64,000 nucleotides of DNA from a virus (IMGVR_UViG_3300035180_002210:8035-72034), one strand, 5' to 3'; positions 45,074-56,194 are shown, counted from the first letter of the stretch. A program made the numbers and translations. Notes: generated by a model not told the origin, from the sequence alone.

Positions 45074-46828
45074 ATGATTGTAATTAACGGACAAGTTCAT
45101 AATGTGCCAGACGTGTACGGATCGACGAAAGTGATTGATCAGGCGACAGGGACGGCACCGGCTTTTAACGGGCTGCTGATTGTTGGGAACGCGAAGCAGG
45201 GTATTCCGTACTCAGCTGCTACCGGCGACCAGGTATTCATCCCTTTTTCAAGCGTAAACGCGGCGAAGAAGATTTTTGGTAACTGCGAGCTTACGCAGGC
45301 TTTTGCATGGGCGAAGCGCGGCGGCAGCCAGGTTGCCTATCTTTCCACACCGGCATTACTCACGCAGACAAAGACCGTAATTAAAGACGCAACCAGCCCG
45401 ACACCTTTAGTGTGTTTTGACCTGACATCGAATCTTTACGGCGCAGTTGGCAACGACCATCAGTTGGCAATTACCGCCGACGGTACAGCCCATACACTGA
45501 GCTTCACGATCACACCGTCCAAGGCTTCGAAATTCCTTTCCGCTTCAGTGACCGCAGCTAAGCAGATTCCGCTTATTGAAACGGAAGGACTGCATGTTGG
45601 GGACACCGTAATATTTACGGATAATTCGACTTCCCCTACCTACACATCGGCAACGCTGGTAAGTATTGACACGGTGAATAACCGGGTTACGGTAGATACG
45701 GCAATTACCGTAGACGCTACCAAACAGGCAAGAATGTTCCTCCAGGACGTTTTAGGCGCAGTAACCAAGAAATTTACGGCAGTTAATACGGACCCGACAA
45801 TCCTTGACCAGATCGTAGGATGGTTCAACAGCACCGGAATATTGACGGCAAGCGCGAAGGACTCTTCCGGAGCTTTCTATGCCGGGTCACCGGCAACCAT
45901 AGCCACGATGAGCGCAACCTATTTAGGCGCACATACGCTTAAAACGGCAACCGGCTCATCAACTGACGCGACAACGACCAGCGGCGGCGATTGGGACAAC
46001 TTTATTACCGCTTTGCCACAGAAGATGGAAGAATTCCGGAACGTAAGGAAAAGCAGAATCCGCATTGTTAACGCGGTGACACCGGACGCAGGCGTTCATA
46101 CCATGCTGAAAACAGGCGCGGCGCAAATGCGGGCAAACCTGAACTCCATAAAAGTGATTACCGGCTGCGGAGTAACCAGCGGCGTACTGGATGAGCTGCA
46201 GGATGTTTCTGCCTCAACCCATCCCTGGAAGCGCGCACTTGCCCTTGATACCGACGATATCACCCTTGCTTCAATTTCGCTGGAAGGCATACCGGCTTAT
46301 TTGAGCTTAGCCCCTCAATACGCGGGTATGATGAGCTCGAACACCGTTCACAGAAACTTAACGATGGATCCGGTAGATGCAGTTTCCGTATCGAAGTTTT
46401 TCGGAGGATCGAACAAAGAAACAGAAACAACTTTCTGGCTGAAATCCGGCTGTTTAATTGTTTCAACGACACAGGACGGTTTTGTGATCACCCAGGCGAT
46501 AAATACTTATCTGAAACAGGATAAGAGCTGGAACGCCGATGACAACAAGACCTATCTTGACCAGCAGCGGCAGATTGCGGACTACGTAGACGAACGGGTA
46601 CGGACCGCGCTGAAATCTGCACCGGGTAACGAGAACACGACGGAAACGAGTGTGACGAACCTTGCTTCGAATGAAATTACCCTATTGAAGGGTGAAGGCT
46701 ATTTGAAGGACGCCAGCGGCATCACCAGCGTTTTCACGATAAACGGAGCTATCAAGGTAAAACCGAAATACTTCCTGATCGACAGCATTGATTTTATTGG
46801 TGTTGAGAACGAAATAGTTATTGTTTAA
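45074..46828 (+). CDS. Contractile tail sheath protein
   Basis: PDVY..., LIVGNAKQGIP...FSSVNAAKKIFGNCEL, LYGAVGN, ITQAINTY, IDFI; size and position. Confidence 0.85.
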   Translation: MIVINGQVHNVPDVYGSTKVIDQATGTAPAFNGLLIVGNAKQGIPYSAATGDQVFIPFSSVNAAKKIFGNCELTQAFAWAKRGGSQVAYLSTPALLTQTKTVIKDATSPTPLVCFDLTSNLYGAVGNDHQLAITADGTAHTLSFTITPSKASKFLSASVTAAKQIPLIETEGLHVGDTVIFTDNSTSPTYTSATLVSIDTVNNRVTVDTAITVDATKQARMFLQDVLGAVTKKFTAVNTDPTILDQIVGWFNSTGILTASAKDSSGAFYAGSPATIATMSATYLGAHTLKTATGSSTDATTTSGGDWDNFITALPQKMEEFRNVRKSRIRIVNAVTPDAGVHTMLKTGAAQMRANLNSIKVITGCGVTSGVLDELQDVSASTHPWKRALALDTDDITLASISLEGIPAYLSLAPQYAGMMSSNTVHRNLTMDPVDAVSVSKFFGGSNKETETTFWLKSGCLIVSTTQDGFVITQAINTYLKQDKSWNADDNKTYLDQQRQIADYVDERVRTALKSAPGNENTTETSVTNLASNEITLLKGEGYLKDASGITSVFTINGAIKVKPKYFLIDSIDFIGVENEIVIV

Positions 46829-46836
46829 GGCCTTCT

Positions 46837-46874
46837 TTCCCGCCTTGCCTGATGAGAAGAGGCAGGGCGGGGAA
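46837..46874. other. Strong hairpin between sheath and tube genes
   Basis: TTCCCGCCTTGCCT pairs with AGGCAGGGCGGGGAA. Confidence 0.55.
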
Positions 46875-46919
46875 ATTTTAACAAGCAGAAATTTATAATA
46901 GTTAAGTATAAGAAAGGAT

Positions 46920-47504
46920 TTGAAAATGTTTGGTTCATCGACATTGGGTTTACCGGTTCTGATTAAGACCATTAACAACCCGAACCAGTATTATAAAGGA
47001 AGATCGGGAAGCGCACTTGTTTTCCACCTCCTTGACGGGAATAATGATGTTATTGCCCGCGGACAGGGCGTAAGCCACAGCCAGGCACCACAGCAGAGCC
47101 CGTACATGGAGTTCGGCAAACGGAAAACGAGCGAGATCATAACCGGCGCCATGCCGGTAGGCCAGATTTCCGTAAACACGCTGTTCACGATGGAAAGCAA
47201 CGACCGCATGCCGACGGTCCGGAATCTGCCCGCCGATAAGGAATTCACGGCCATCATCCAGATTGGCCCGCACGAGGATCCGGAAGTGGCCAATGCAATA
47301 CTGAACGTGTTCAAAGGTGTGAAGTTTGCAGGCGAACAGGGAAATATGAACGCGAACTCGATTTACGTGATGAATTACAACTTCATGTACATTGAACGTT
47401 TATCCGGCGCCGAATGGGCCAAGGAGAATGGAAGCGCTGTCTATAACAAGATTGTTTCCATTGAAGTTGGTTCCAGAGATCAGATTCAGAACGGAGCCTA
47501 TTAA
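46920..47504 (+). CDS. Tail tube protein
   Basis: Follows sheath; IARGQGVS...PYMEFG...EII.G, FKGVKF...NFMYI. Confidence 0.75.
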   Translation: MKMFGSSTLGLPVLIKTINNPNQYYKGRSGSALVFHLLDGNNDVIARGQGVSHSQAPQQSPYMEFGKRKTSEIITGAMPVGQISVNTLFTMESNDRMPTVRNLPADKEFTAIIQIGPHEDPEVANAILNVFKGVKFAGEQGNMNANSIYVMNYNFMYIERLSGAEWAKENGSAVYNKIVSIEVGSRDQIQNGAY

Positions 47505-47506
47505 TC

Positions 47507-48016
47507 ATGAAAACCGCAGCAGTAGAGATTAATGGCCAGACTTTTGCCTTTAGAGTTGAAGAGACCATTCTTGACGAGATCAAGATTGAGAATGAGGCTG
47601 CCTCCCTCATGGGGGGAGTGCAGCCGCTTTCCGAACTGAAAAGCGCTATCGACGAAACGTTGAACCAATACCATAAATCGAATGATGATAAGTATGGCAA
47701 GGTTGAGTACGCAGAAATGCGGGCTAAGTTTGACGCATTGCGAAAAACAAAGGACGGAGAACTGCCGGAGGGTGAGCGGGAAGTTGTAAATGAAGCCTAT
47801 ACGAAGTTATGGGAGCAGATAAACGACAACCGGCACTTTGTGGCGTATTTACGGCTGCAGACGCAGCTTGACAATATTTACGGCTTCGCCAGGATAATTG
47901 TGCTTTGCCAGGAGAAACCACAGGGATTCAACTTCCGGGATCAGAAAAGCGACTTCATGAAGGAGGTTCTCGCTGCGCTCGACGCGCAGAAGTTTTTTTT
48001 TCGCGGAGCGAATTAA
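47507..48016 (+). CDS. Tail assembly chaperone (G)
   Basis: Between tube and tape measure; ends at a T9 slippery run (KFFFR). Confidence 0.75.
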   Translation: MKTAAVEINGQTFAFRVEETILDEIKIENEAASLMGGVQPLSELKSAIDETLNQYHKSNDDKYGKVEYAEMRAKFDALRKTKDGELPEGEREVVNEAYTKLWEQINDNRHFVAYLRLQTQLDNIYGFARIIVLCQEKPQGFNFRDQKSDFMKEVLAALDAQKFFFRGAN

Positions 48017-48437
48017 GAAGCTAAGGCGCCTTATTGACCTGACGGAAGAAGAGCAGGCGAAGGATAAGGAGTTTATTACTGAAGCGGTCAAACAAGGCCA
48101 GGATTTACGGCACTGGTGGAAGGCCCATTATAATTACAGCAGGACGGACCCGAGGTATTTAGCAGCGACGGACTCAGTTATTTATGAAGACTACCTTGAT
48201 TTTGTCATCGGCAAATTCAGGCCTGCAGTTGATTCGGAAGTTGGGTTAGACCTTTTTCTTGGCAGGCAGGAAGATCCGAAGTTTGATCAACGAATGAACG
48301 ATAATTTCAAGAATAATTTGAAACAGGCGATAGAGCAATTCAATGCTCCGGCAGATAAATCAGCCGGCAAAGATGACAGCAAAGATGACCGCAAACAATC
48401 GGATGAAAACACGGAAGAAGTAAATGCAGGAAGTTAA
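48000..48437 (+). CDS. Frameshifted chaperone extension (GT), not in the ORF track
   Basis: The +1/-2 frame is open from 48000 to TAA 48437 (FAERIKKLRRL...WWKAHYNYSRTDPRYLAAT...), with no ATG until 48295. Confidence 0.75.
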   Translation, partial: FAERIKKLRRLIDLTEEEQAKDKEFITEAVKQGQDLRHWWKAHYNYSRTDPRYLAATDSVIYEDYLDFVIGKFRPAVDSEVGLDLFLGRQEDPKFDQRMNDNFKNNLKQAIEQFNAPADKSAGKDDSKDDRKQSDENTEEVNAGS

Positions 48438-50925
48438 CAATCTCAGATTAGATATAATTGCGAATCTCAAAGCGGAAGGTTTTGAGAATGTTGAGAATTA
48501 TATCCGGAAGCTGGATGATGTTATAGGGCAGACTACGCAGAAAGCGCAGAGGGATTATTCCGGGGTTTTGAACAGTCCCAGCTATATGCAGAATAAATCC
48601 GGGCTTGATGAGAACCAGATTAAGCAGGCTGCTCAGTTTGAAGATACCTTCCGGCAGAGTTTGGCGCAAATGCAGGATCAGCTTATGGGAACGCATGCGG
48701 ACACCGCCGAACGATTAGGCTATTATCAATACCTTGGGGGAAAAGTTCAGCCGCCACAGGTAATGTCTCTCAGACGGGGTATAATTTCCAGTTATAGCAA
48801 TGTGTTCAACAGGATGAACGAATGGCAGAGCAGCGCGGAAACTTTACGCAACCAGCACGGGCCGGACTCAGAAATGGGCGGCATAATGGAAGCGCAGATA
48901 GCCAGTATTAAAAACCAGAAGTCCGCCATCCTTGATTCCATCCGGGAAGAGTTGAAGATATTCGATGAAATGGCGCAGAAATTTGCCAAGGTGAAGGGCG
49001 AAGGCACTGAATTTATAAAGAAGCTTGGCCAGATATTTTCCATAGGGTATATGATATCACAGGCCGGGCAAATGGCAAAATGGGCTATGCACGGTTCAGT
49101 GGTTGAGTCTGAAATTGGCGGCCATTACAGGACGGCGTTTGATTACACCAGCCCCATTGGTTCATATTCAGCAGGGATGGAAGCACAGTTGTTTGAGCGC
49201 ATGCAACGGCGTTCCTACGCGGCTCAGGGCTGGCAAACAGGAGCGGGTATAGCGCAAGGCGCGGGCATGGCGTTTATCTCATCAGGCAACCCGTATGCAA
49301 TGTTGGCAGGCGGTGTGCTCGCCGTATTAGGCACGATAGGAGGCGCCTACGCGGGGAACCAGGCACAGATAGCGAACATTGAGGACCAGAGCCGGATCCA
49401 GGAACAGTTGAAAATGACTTCGCAGTTTTATTCAATGGCTAAACCGGCGGTTGATCTTGCGCTGCGGATTGAAAATTTAGGAATGAGGACGAGGCGGAGG
49501 ACGGGAGCCAATTTAAGCGGCGGAGAGCTGCGCGATCTTGGGTTAACAATGGAAGAAGGACTGGGAGTTGAAAATTCCTTTTCCGCTTCACGCGGTTACT
49601 ACGACGGTGATCTGATGCACGAACAGGCAACATGGGCGAAAGCGCATGGACTTGAACCGGGCGCGCTGTTCGGGGTGAACAGAACTTCAATGATAACCGG
49701 AGAAAGTTACGGCGCGGCTTACCAATTACAGGCAACAAAGTATGCGAAAGCTGCCGGATATGCTGATCCTAACAAAGCAATTGAATATCTGGCAAAAATA
49801 GCCGACACCCAGGTTCAAATGCTGCAATTATCGGTAAAGGCAGATTTGAAAGATACGATGACCTTGTTTTCCATGCCGAGTAAATTGTTTGGTCCCGATT
49901 CTCCCTACGGTAAAATGGACGTAATGGGAGGCCGGACCATGAACACGCTTGCAAACCTAATGCAGCCGGGCGACAGGGCATCGGAAGCATGGCTTTATTC
50001 CTCTCTTGGATTAAGCCCGAAAGAGTTTAACGAGATGAAAAAGGGCGGCATGATGAATAACCTGGACAGCTTCCAGAAGGCCATGCGAACCCTACAACGG
50101 ATCGGCGCGGGAATGGAACCGAACCAGTTTTATTTTATGCTCGATCATTTGTTTAAGGACGGTCCACAGGGGATGGTCCCGCATATTCAGGAGCTTTTAA
50201 CGAAGGGAAGCGTGAGCTGGACTGATAAGGAGGGGAAATCTCAGTCCACTTCCTTATCGAAATTATTTTCTCCCGACACCGGAGTAAGTAAAGCTGAACA
50301 GGATAAATTTACCAAAGACATGCAGACGGACGCCCAAAATTCCGTTACTAAACTGAACCGGTTGAATTTTACGATGGAGGACATAAATAAGAAGATAGGT
50401 GACACTTCTTCGAAAACTATTATTGGAATGATGGTTGAGCAGGCCCGGTTTTCCGAAAAGTTATTCGGGCAGGACGGGGTAATGGAACAGCTTAATAAGG
50501 CCTCGAGATGGGGACAGATTGAACAGTATTCCTCAGCGGTTAAGAACGGAATTATCGGCTTCGGAAAAGTTGAAGGTATTCTTTCAAAAATGTATAAAGA
50601 TCCGGATGAATTATTAAACGCTCTTTACCATGTTGCCGAGAATAACGACCAGGAATCAATATTGAAGGAGAACGCCAGGAACTATGTTGCCGGTAAAAAA
50701 CGGATACAGCATGAAATAGGCGTTAGGAAGGTAATTAACGAAGCAAAGTCTCATGGTGATGCAGGCGGAGATTCGTACAATGGAGTTATTGAAGTTTTAC
50801 ACAGCATTCATTCGCGTTTAGGTGATTTGGCAAACGCGCCGAATATAAATCACCTGCATATCAATGGGAGTAACCCGAATGAGGTTTGGGAACTGGCGAA
50901 CAGTTCCACCGGAGGATTGGGATGA
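48424..50925 (+). CDS. Tape measure protein
   Basis: 833 aa, Ala/Gly/Met/Gln-rich helical sequence with central hydrophobic segment, after chaperones. Confidence 0.8.
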   Translation: MQEVNNLRLDIIANLKAEGFENVENYIRKLDDVIGQTTQKAQRDYSGVLNSPSYMQNKSGLDENQIKQAAQFEDTFRQSLAQMQDQLMGTHADTAERLGYYQYLGGKVQPPQVMSLRRGIISSYSNVFNRMNEWQSSAETLRNQHGPDSEMGGIMEAQIASIKNQKSAILDSIREELKIFDEMAQKFAKVKGEGTEFIKKLGQIFSIGYMISQAGQMAKWAMHGSVVESEIGGHYRTAFDYTSPIGSYSAGMEAQLFERMQRRSYAAQGWQTGAGIAQGAGMAFISSGNPYAMLAGGVLAVLGTIGGAYAGNQAQIANIEDQSRIQEQLKMTSQFYSMAKPAVDLALRIENLGMRTRRRTGANLSGGELRDLGLTMEEGLGVENSFSASRGYYDGDLMHEQATWAKAHGLEPGALFGVNRTSMITGESYGAAYQLQATKYAKAAGYADPNKAIEYLAKIADTQVQMLQLSVKADLKDTMTLFSMPSKLFGPDSPYGKMDVMGGRTMNTLANLMQPGDRASEAWLYSSLGLSPKEFNEMKKGGMMNNLDSFQKAMRTLQRIGAGMEPNQFYFMLDHLFKDGPQGMVPHIQELLTKGSVSWTDKEGKSQSTSLSKLFSPDTGVSKAEQDKFTKDMQTDAQNSVTKLNRLNFTMEDINKKIGDTSSKTIIGMMVEQARFSEKLFGQDGVMEQLNKASRWGQIEQYSSAVKNGIIGFGKVEGILSKMYKDPDELLNALYHVAENNDQESILKENARNYVAGKKRIQHEIGVRKVINEAKSHGDAGGDSYNGVIEVLHSIHSRLGDLANAPNINHLHINGSNPNEVWELANSSTGGLG

Positions 50926-52667
50926 GAGAACAAAAACGGCACATACAGCCGAAAGTTTTCCTTTACAATGTTGGCGGCGGTCTAAGGCTGGATGAATTTG
51001 TGCAGAGCATAACGATACATAAATCGCTTGAAGGTGAAGTTCATTCACTGCTAATTACGCTTAATCCGGTATTGCGACCGACGAAAAAGCCCTATACCAC
51101 GACCACGAATATGATAAGCTACTGGCGGAAGATCATACGGCCTTTCCAGATCATTTGCGCTACCATCGACGGACAACGGGAAGACTGGACCTTTTTAGGG
51201 TTGATAGATCAGCCGACAGAAGGGAACACCATAGGCAGCGGCCAAGGATCCAAGACATTCAGCTTCAGCGCGGGATTGTTACTGCCAAAGTTATTGTCCG
51301 CGCAGAAAATAGTTACTTCGCAGATGCTTGTAGATATGAACAACGCGAAGATAAAGCAGGCGTTCGGGGATAATCTTTCCTTCTTCAAATGGGTACGGGG
51401 CTATGTGGACCGCATTGATAAAAACGTTTTTCAGGGTAATAAGCCCGAGGACGCGATCCGCTGGATATTGAACAATTGCCTGCATATAAAATATATTCCG
51501 ACTTTTGACATTCATGGTGGGGTTGAGGTCCAGCGGATTGACACCAGCGAATTTTTGGGATGGAAAAATGACAAGGTTAAAAATGACGTTCTCGATTTTA
51601 AGATTTTAGAGGAAGATTTATTATACGATCCGACATTAACGACTTACACAGGCACTATACTTGAATATATCAAAAGTTGCCTTGATATGGGGTTCTATGA
51701 GTTGTTTTTTGATACGATCACCAGGAACGGGCAGCCCTATAACTGCATGAAGATACGGACCATTCCTTATTCAAGCAGGAAAGTAAACAGCAAGAGCCCA
51801 TTCAGCTCGACCGCGAACTGGGCATACTGGGATGATCTGCCGGTTTATACCATAGATGACAGTAAACGGCTTAGCGATAATCTTGCAATATCGGACCGGG
51901 AAATTGGAAATTATTTCCAGATGCACTTTGACAATAATATCATGGGAGCACCAGGCGGAGTAATGGACACTTTCGGGTACGGGTTTCCCTTGGTTAATAC
52001 TGATTCGGCGCAAATGTACGGCCTGCGCGAAATTGGCGGCAGGACGAAAATGATTTTGAACATGGCGCCGGAGATTATTAATAAAGGGCCGTATACTTCC
52101 CAGAGCGGGCTTTTGCAGGATATTTACAATAACGTACTGCCAATTCTAAACAGCGCACAGAAGCAATATGAAATCAGCCTGAATGAATATCTATTCGTCC
52201 GGAGAGAAAAACTTGCGGAGTGGTTCAGCTTCCCGAATTATGAATGCGGACAACTTTCGATTGTTGGGGATGAGGATGCCACAATAGGGATGAAGCTGGA
52301 TTATACGGACCGGGAATATTTTGAAGCTTTATTTTTTGGCGAGATGGTAGACGCTTCCGGGGCTATCAGGAAAGAAAATTTTAAGGAGATATCCGGCAGG
52401 GGAATGGAATATTATATCAAGGGTGTGACGCACAGTTATACTTACCCGGGATTTTTCCAGACTAACTTGCAGCTTACCCGCGGAGTTCCCAAGGGAGGAC
52501 AGATAGCCGATTGGTACGCAGCGGTAAGGCCGCATTTTACAGCCGCGAATCTCAACTATGAAGGAGAAAAGGTTTTACCGGCCAACAGCGCAATTATAAT
52601 TCCATGTGATATATTAAGGCCGGTGGAAATTGGGGATAGTGTAACCGTGAATAAAGGCGCGAAATGA
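50922..52667 (+). CDS. Baseplate hub protein
   Basis: After TMP (ATGA coupling at 50922); FYELFFD, YGLR, IGMKL...EYYIKGVTHSY...T.LQLTRG. Confidence 0.7.
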   Translation: MREQKRHIQPKVFLYNVGGGLRLDEFVQSITIHKSLEGEVHSLLITLNPVLRPTKKPYTTTTNMISYWRKIIRPFQIICATIDGQREDWTFLGLIDQPTEGNTIGSGQGSKTFSFSAGLLLPKLLSAQKIVTSQMLVDMNNAKIKQAFGDNLSFFKWVRGYVDRIDKNVFQGNKPEDAIRWILNNCLHIKYIPTFDIHGGVEVQRIDTSEFLGWKNDKVKNDVLDFKILEEDLLYDPTLTTYTGTILEYIKSCLDMGFYELFFDTITRNGQPYNCMKIRTIPYSSRKVNSKSPFSSTANWAYWDDLPVYTIDDSKRLSDNLAISDREIGNYFQMHFDNNIMGAPGGVMDTFGYGFPLVNTDSAQMYGLREIGGRTKMILNMAPEIINKGPYTSQSGLLQDIYNNVLPILNSAQKQYEISLNEYLFVRREKLAEWFSFPNYECGQLSIVGDEDATIGMKLDYTDREYFEALFFGEMVDASGAIRKENFKEISGRGMEYYIKGVTHSYTYPGFFQTNLQLTRGVPKGGQIADWYAAVRPHFTAANLNYEGEKVLPANSAIIIPCDILRPVEIGDSVTVNKGAK

Positions 52668-53551
52668 AAGGGTATGAACCAACTTTACCGAGTATATCAG
52701 GAAAAGGCACCAGGGCATTATTTACCCAGGGCAGGCTTGTATGCTTTAAGCTAAAGGACGGAGGATATACTACTTATCTCGAAGACCGGTACCAGAAGCG
52801 GTACGCATGGGACAGATTAGTTTTTCTTTCTTCAGGCTGGAATGCCAGCGACGGTAACAATAATCTACCTAAGCCATTTATTATTGATGAGAGCAATAAG
52901 GTTTTACAAAGCGGCGATACTATTATTTATGTAATGCTCAGCAGTGACCTGCTACTGGTCCTGGGATCGGCGCGGACTCCATACCCGCACCTGGACGATA
53001 ATTTGAATGCGGACCCGACGGACCCGAATAGTTTTGAACCGAGTCAAGTGCGGAATAACGATAACCGGTACTGGCAGTGGAAAGATGACGGGAAAGGCGG
53101 CCTTGCTTTATACCTTGAAGGGAAAGAAGGAGGCACCGGTAATTTTGGCGTAATGGTTTCGGGGAAAGGGGTGAATGGCAATTTTTATTTGAAGGTAAAC
53201 GGCGGCGCTTACTTGACAAAACTTGACAAGACAGGCAAAGCCATATCCAGCTTCGGGGTTGATAAGGACGGGAATTATATAGTTGATGCAGGCGGGACGG
53301 TAACTCTTCAGAAGCGGAACGGAACCGATGTTATAGCAAAAATGAGCATGGACGCCCAGGGTAATTTTGATATAAGCGGAAACGGGAAAATGAATATTAC
53401 GATGAACGGGATTGATCTGCTTTCCGTTTTAAGCGATCTGATAACCGAGACAGGAAACATTAAGACTATGGTCCAAGGCGCGCCGGTACCGCCGAGTAAT
53501 TTTGCAAACTTCCCCTTGCTGAAAGCTAAAATTGACGGGATGAGGAAATGA
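52664..53551 (+). CDS. Baseplate central spike (gpV-like)
   Basis: Beta-strand repeats in the C-terminal half, GAPVPPSN..F; position after hub. Confidence 0.6.
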   Translation: MKGYEPTLPSISGKGTRALFTQGRLVCFKLKDGGYTTYLEDRYQKRYAWDRLVFLSSGWNASDGNNNLPKPFIIDESNKVLQSGDTIIYVMLSSDLLLVLGSARTPYPHLDDNLNADPTDPNSFEPSQVRNNDNRYWQWKDDGKGGLALYLEGKEGGTGNFGVMVSGKGVNGNFYLKVNGGAYLTKLDKTGKAISSFGVDKDGNYIVDAGGTVTLQKRNGTDVIAKMSMDAQGNFDISGNGKMNITMNGIDLLSVLSDLITETGNIKTMVQGAPVPPSNFANFPLLKAKIDGMRK

Positions 53552-54270
53552 TACAGAAATTTTCGATACCAAAAGCGGAGTATGTAGTTTTCCAGTTGGT
53601 GAGCCTTGACAGTTCAACGACAGTAACCGTTATTGATACTATTTATCTGGCGCTGCTGCCTAATAATTTTGGTTACGGCCTGCAGAGCCGGGACTCAATT
53701 GTTAAAACGCACAGTCAGGTTTTTACGAACGCGGTTGACTATGCGCCGGAAAAGGTAAGGATATCGGGGACGTTTGGACAGAGGCCGCGGTATATGGCCG
53801 GTACTTACATGGACGGATGGAGCAGGCTGAAACAGTTTGAAGATACGATAGTCCGGAAGTCTAAAACAAGGGACGGTGACACGCATTACGCGATAAACTA
53901 TTATGATTATGTGTTCCAGCGCTTTGGCAGCATCAATATAGGTGATTGGAGCATCGACGGGAACGCGGATTCCAACGCACAGTTAGTTCCTTACGCGTTA
54001 AATTTTGTGATCACCGGAGATTTAATCCTGGTGGACAATACGGATCCGCTGCTTTATATGCTGCAGAAGGTGTATTCACCGGTTGACGGTATCTATAAAA
54101 GCATAGTGGCCGCGGCTGATTCGTTAGCGGCGAGCCTGGCAATAGTGAGCATTGCTGCTGAAATAGTTGAAATTGCCAGTGTGCTCACCGAGCCATTGGC
54201 GCAGGTGACGAGCCTGATTGTAGATGTACAGGGAGCGAAGATCAGTCCGGCATTGAAGGGAATAGGATAA
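53548..54270 (+). CDS. Baseplate/tube-initiator protein
   Basis: LLPNNFGY...ISGTFG...YALNFVI. Confidence 0.6.
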   Translation: MIQKFSIPKAEYVVFQLVSLDSSTTVTVIDTIYLALLPNNFGYGLQSRDSIVKTHSQVFTNAVDYAPEKVRISGTFGQRPRYMAGTYMDGWSRLKQFEDTIVRKSKTRDGDTHYAINYYDYVFQRFGSINIGDWSIDGNADSNAQLVPYALNFVITGDLILVDNTDPLLYMLQKVYSPVDGIYKSIVAAADSLAASLAIVSIAAEIVEIASVLTEPLAQVTSLIVDVQGAKISPALKGIG

Positions 54271-55047
54271 ATGGAAGCAGCGGCAACAATTTACACAAAC
54301 GCGGCAATTTTGGAAGCAAAGGTAAAAACTGCTTTGCAGGCTTTATTGCCGGTGACAGACGAGTATGATTTGAATAATACTTCCGAGGCCGTTCATAACC
54401 TTGAACTCACTTTACGTCAGGCGCGCATGCTGCTGGTGTATGAGCGGTTCGCGAAGCTGAGCAGAGAAGATTTTATTACGCTTACTTCCGCGCAGGCCGG
54501 AGGGCTGGTGTTGCGGGATTACACGATATCCAGTTTTGATACGCCGTCGAAAATAGCGGCAAAGTTCGGGATGAATCTGGATGATCTTACACAGTTAAAC
54601 AATCTGAAATCATCGCAGTTTACGCAAGGACGAACTATTCATGTTTATGTTCCAGCCGGGACGGTTACGGTGACGAAAAGCGATATTCCGGTCTACGGGA
54701 GCCATAAGGGCCGGGATATACTGGGAACGGATATTCCAGCAGCGCCGTTCTTTGTAAAAAATGACCTTGCGGTTTTGAGCCCGGAAGATACTTTCATACA
54801 GGGGGTGAATATACTTACCAGTTTGATAAAAGGGGACTACCCGATGGTTGACATTGGAATAACAAACTATGCAGGCAGTGATTTGCCGGATGACCTTGTA
54901 GATAATTTATTAACGACGGAATTACTGGCCCAGTTGGATCTTGACGGACGTATTGCATCGGCAGACGCCATCGTGATCAACCGGCAGGAGGGCGCAATAA
55001 CAGCGCAGGTAAAAGTAACATCAATAAACGGGTATAGCAATGATTAA
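54271..55047 (+). CDS. LysM + gp25-like baseplate protein
   Basis: YTISSFDTPSKIAAKFGMNLDDLTQLNNL...GRTIHV LysM; GTDI...DLAV, LDGRI. Confidence 0.75.
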   Translation: MEAAATIYTNAAILEAKVKTALQALLPVTDEYDLNNTSEAVHNLELTLRQARMLLVYERFAKLSREDFITLTSAQAGGLVLRDYTISSFDTPSKIAAKFGMNLDDLTQLNNLKSSQFTQGRTIHVYVPAGTVTVTKSDIPVYGSHKGRDILGTDIPAAPFFVKNDLAVLSPEDTFIQGVNILTSLIKGDYPMVDIGITNYAGSDLPDDLVDNLLTTELLAQLDLDGRIASADAIVINRQEGAITAQVKVTSINGYSND

Positions 55048-56194
55048 GCGCGCCAGCCAGATTTTAGGAGAAATGATCGCAGACTTTATAGCCGAACAGG
55101 ATAAAGTTAACTTTTTAGGGATAAATTCAGCAATCCGAGGTTGCTTTGTTGGAATAGCCAATCAATTATCCGAGGTCTGGAATGATATTACGCAGACAAA
55201 GCGGGATAACCAGATACAGACGGCCAAAGGCGATGACCTTTCGGTAATTGCAGGCTGGGATAATCTTTCCAAACGAGGCCCGGCCTATTCAAGTGTGCCT
55301 TGCATATTCAGCGGGCCCGGCAGCCAGGTAATTTTAGCCGGTACGCAGGTACGCGCTCCGGGGAGTAATGCAATTTTCAGCACTTTAGAAGATATTACTA
55401 TCGGACGTAATTACAATCAGTTAGGACACCCGATATTAAGTAATACTTTGGGAGATACGGTACTCTGTATATCAATTGACACCGGTTCAGCGTCGAAAGT
55501 TCAGGCGGGAGAAATTACGGAGCTGGTTACGCCTATTTCGGGAGTGAGTGTTATAAATCTTGTGCCGAGTACCGGCGGGGCCGACACCGAGACGGACGAA
55601 GAATTGCGGGCAAGATCGACGGCAAAAAACGAGCTGCCATCGCAGGGTGTAACGGGTTATTATCTTGGAATAGCCCAGCAGGCAAATGATAACGTACTCA
55701 AAGCATTCCCCAAATTTAATTACGCTGCGGACAGTGTTGATTTATACTTATTGCGCCGAGGGCTGGGCGGGTTCACGAATGATGAGCTAACCGCGATTGC
55801 AGCGTATGTAAACGGCTATAATAAGGGCGGACAGCCGGTACATTGTTATAATTCACCGCAGCAGGGAATTTCAATATATATAGAGTTGACCAGTAAACAA
55901 GGAGTTGATCCGGCGGTTTTATACCGGAACCTGGCTATTTCCATTTCGGATTATATAGACCGGGAAATTCTTGAATATGGCGCGGTTGTGGTAGCCTCGA
56001 GAGTGCTAACTATTCTTCTGGAGGATGCTAACACGGTTGAAGTTGATTTAGATACGTACACAATTAATGGCGGGAAAGATGATATTTATTGTGGAGCGAG
56101 CGAAACGCCGAGATTTATTTCCCTAAGCGGAAAAATAAACGGTTCCTCAATGCCGATGATCGTAGCAGAATTAACCCAGAGTTATTATGCCTGA
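55040..56194 (+). CDS. Baseplate J-like wedge protein
   Basis: TAKGDDL, AGTQV, TGGADTETDEELRAR. Confidence 0.9.
   Translation: MIKRASQILGEMIADFIAEQDKVNFLGINSAIRGCFVGIANQLSEVWNDITQTKRDNQIQTAKGDDLSVIAGWDNLSKRGPAYSSVPCIFSGPGSQVILAGTQVRAPGSNAIFSTLEDITIGRNYNQLGHPILSNTLGDTVLCISIDTGSASKVQAGEITELVTPISGVSVINLVPSTGGADTETDEELRARSTAKNELPSQGVTGYYLGIAQQANDNVLKAFPKFNYAADSVDLYLLRRGLGGFTNDELTAIAAYVNGYNKGGQPVHCYNSPQQGISIYIELTSKQGVDPAVLYRNLAISISDYIDREILEYGAVVVASRVLTILLEDANTVEVDLDTYTINGGKDDIYCGASETPRFISLSGKINGSSMPMIVAELTQSYYA

Noticed and set aside
48001-48024. Canonical -1 frameshift product of the tail chaperone
   Set aside because: The -1 frame hits TAA after 7 codons
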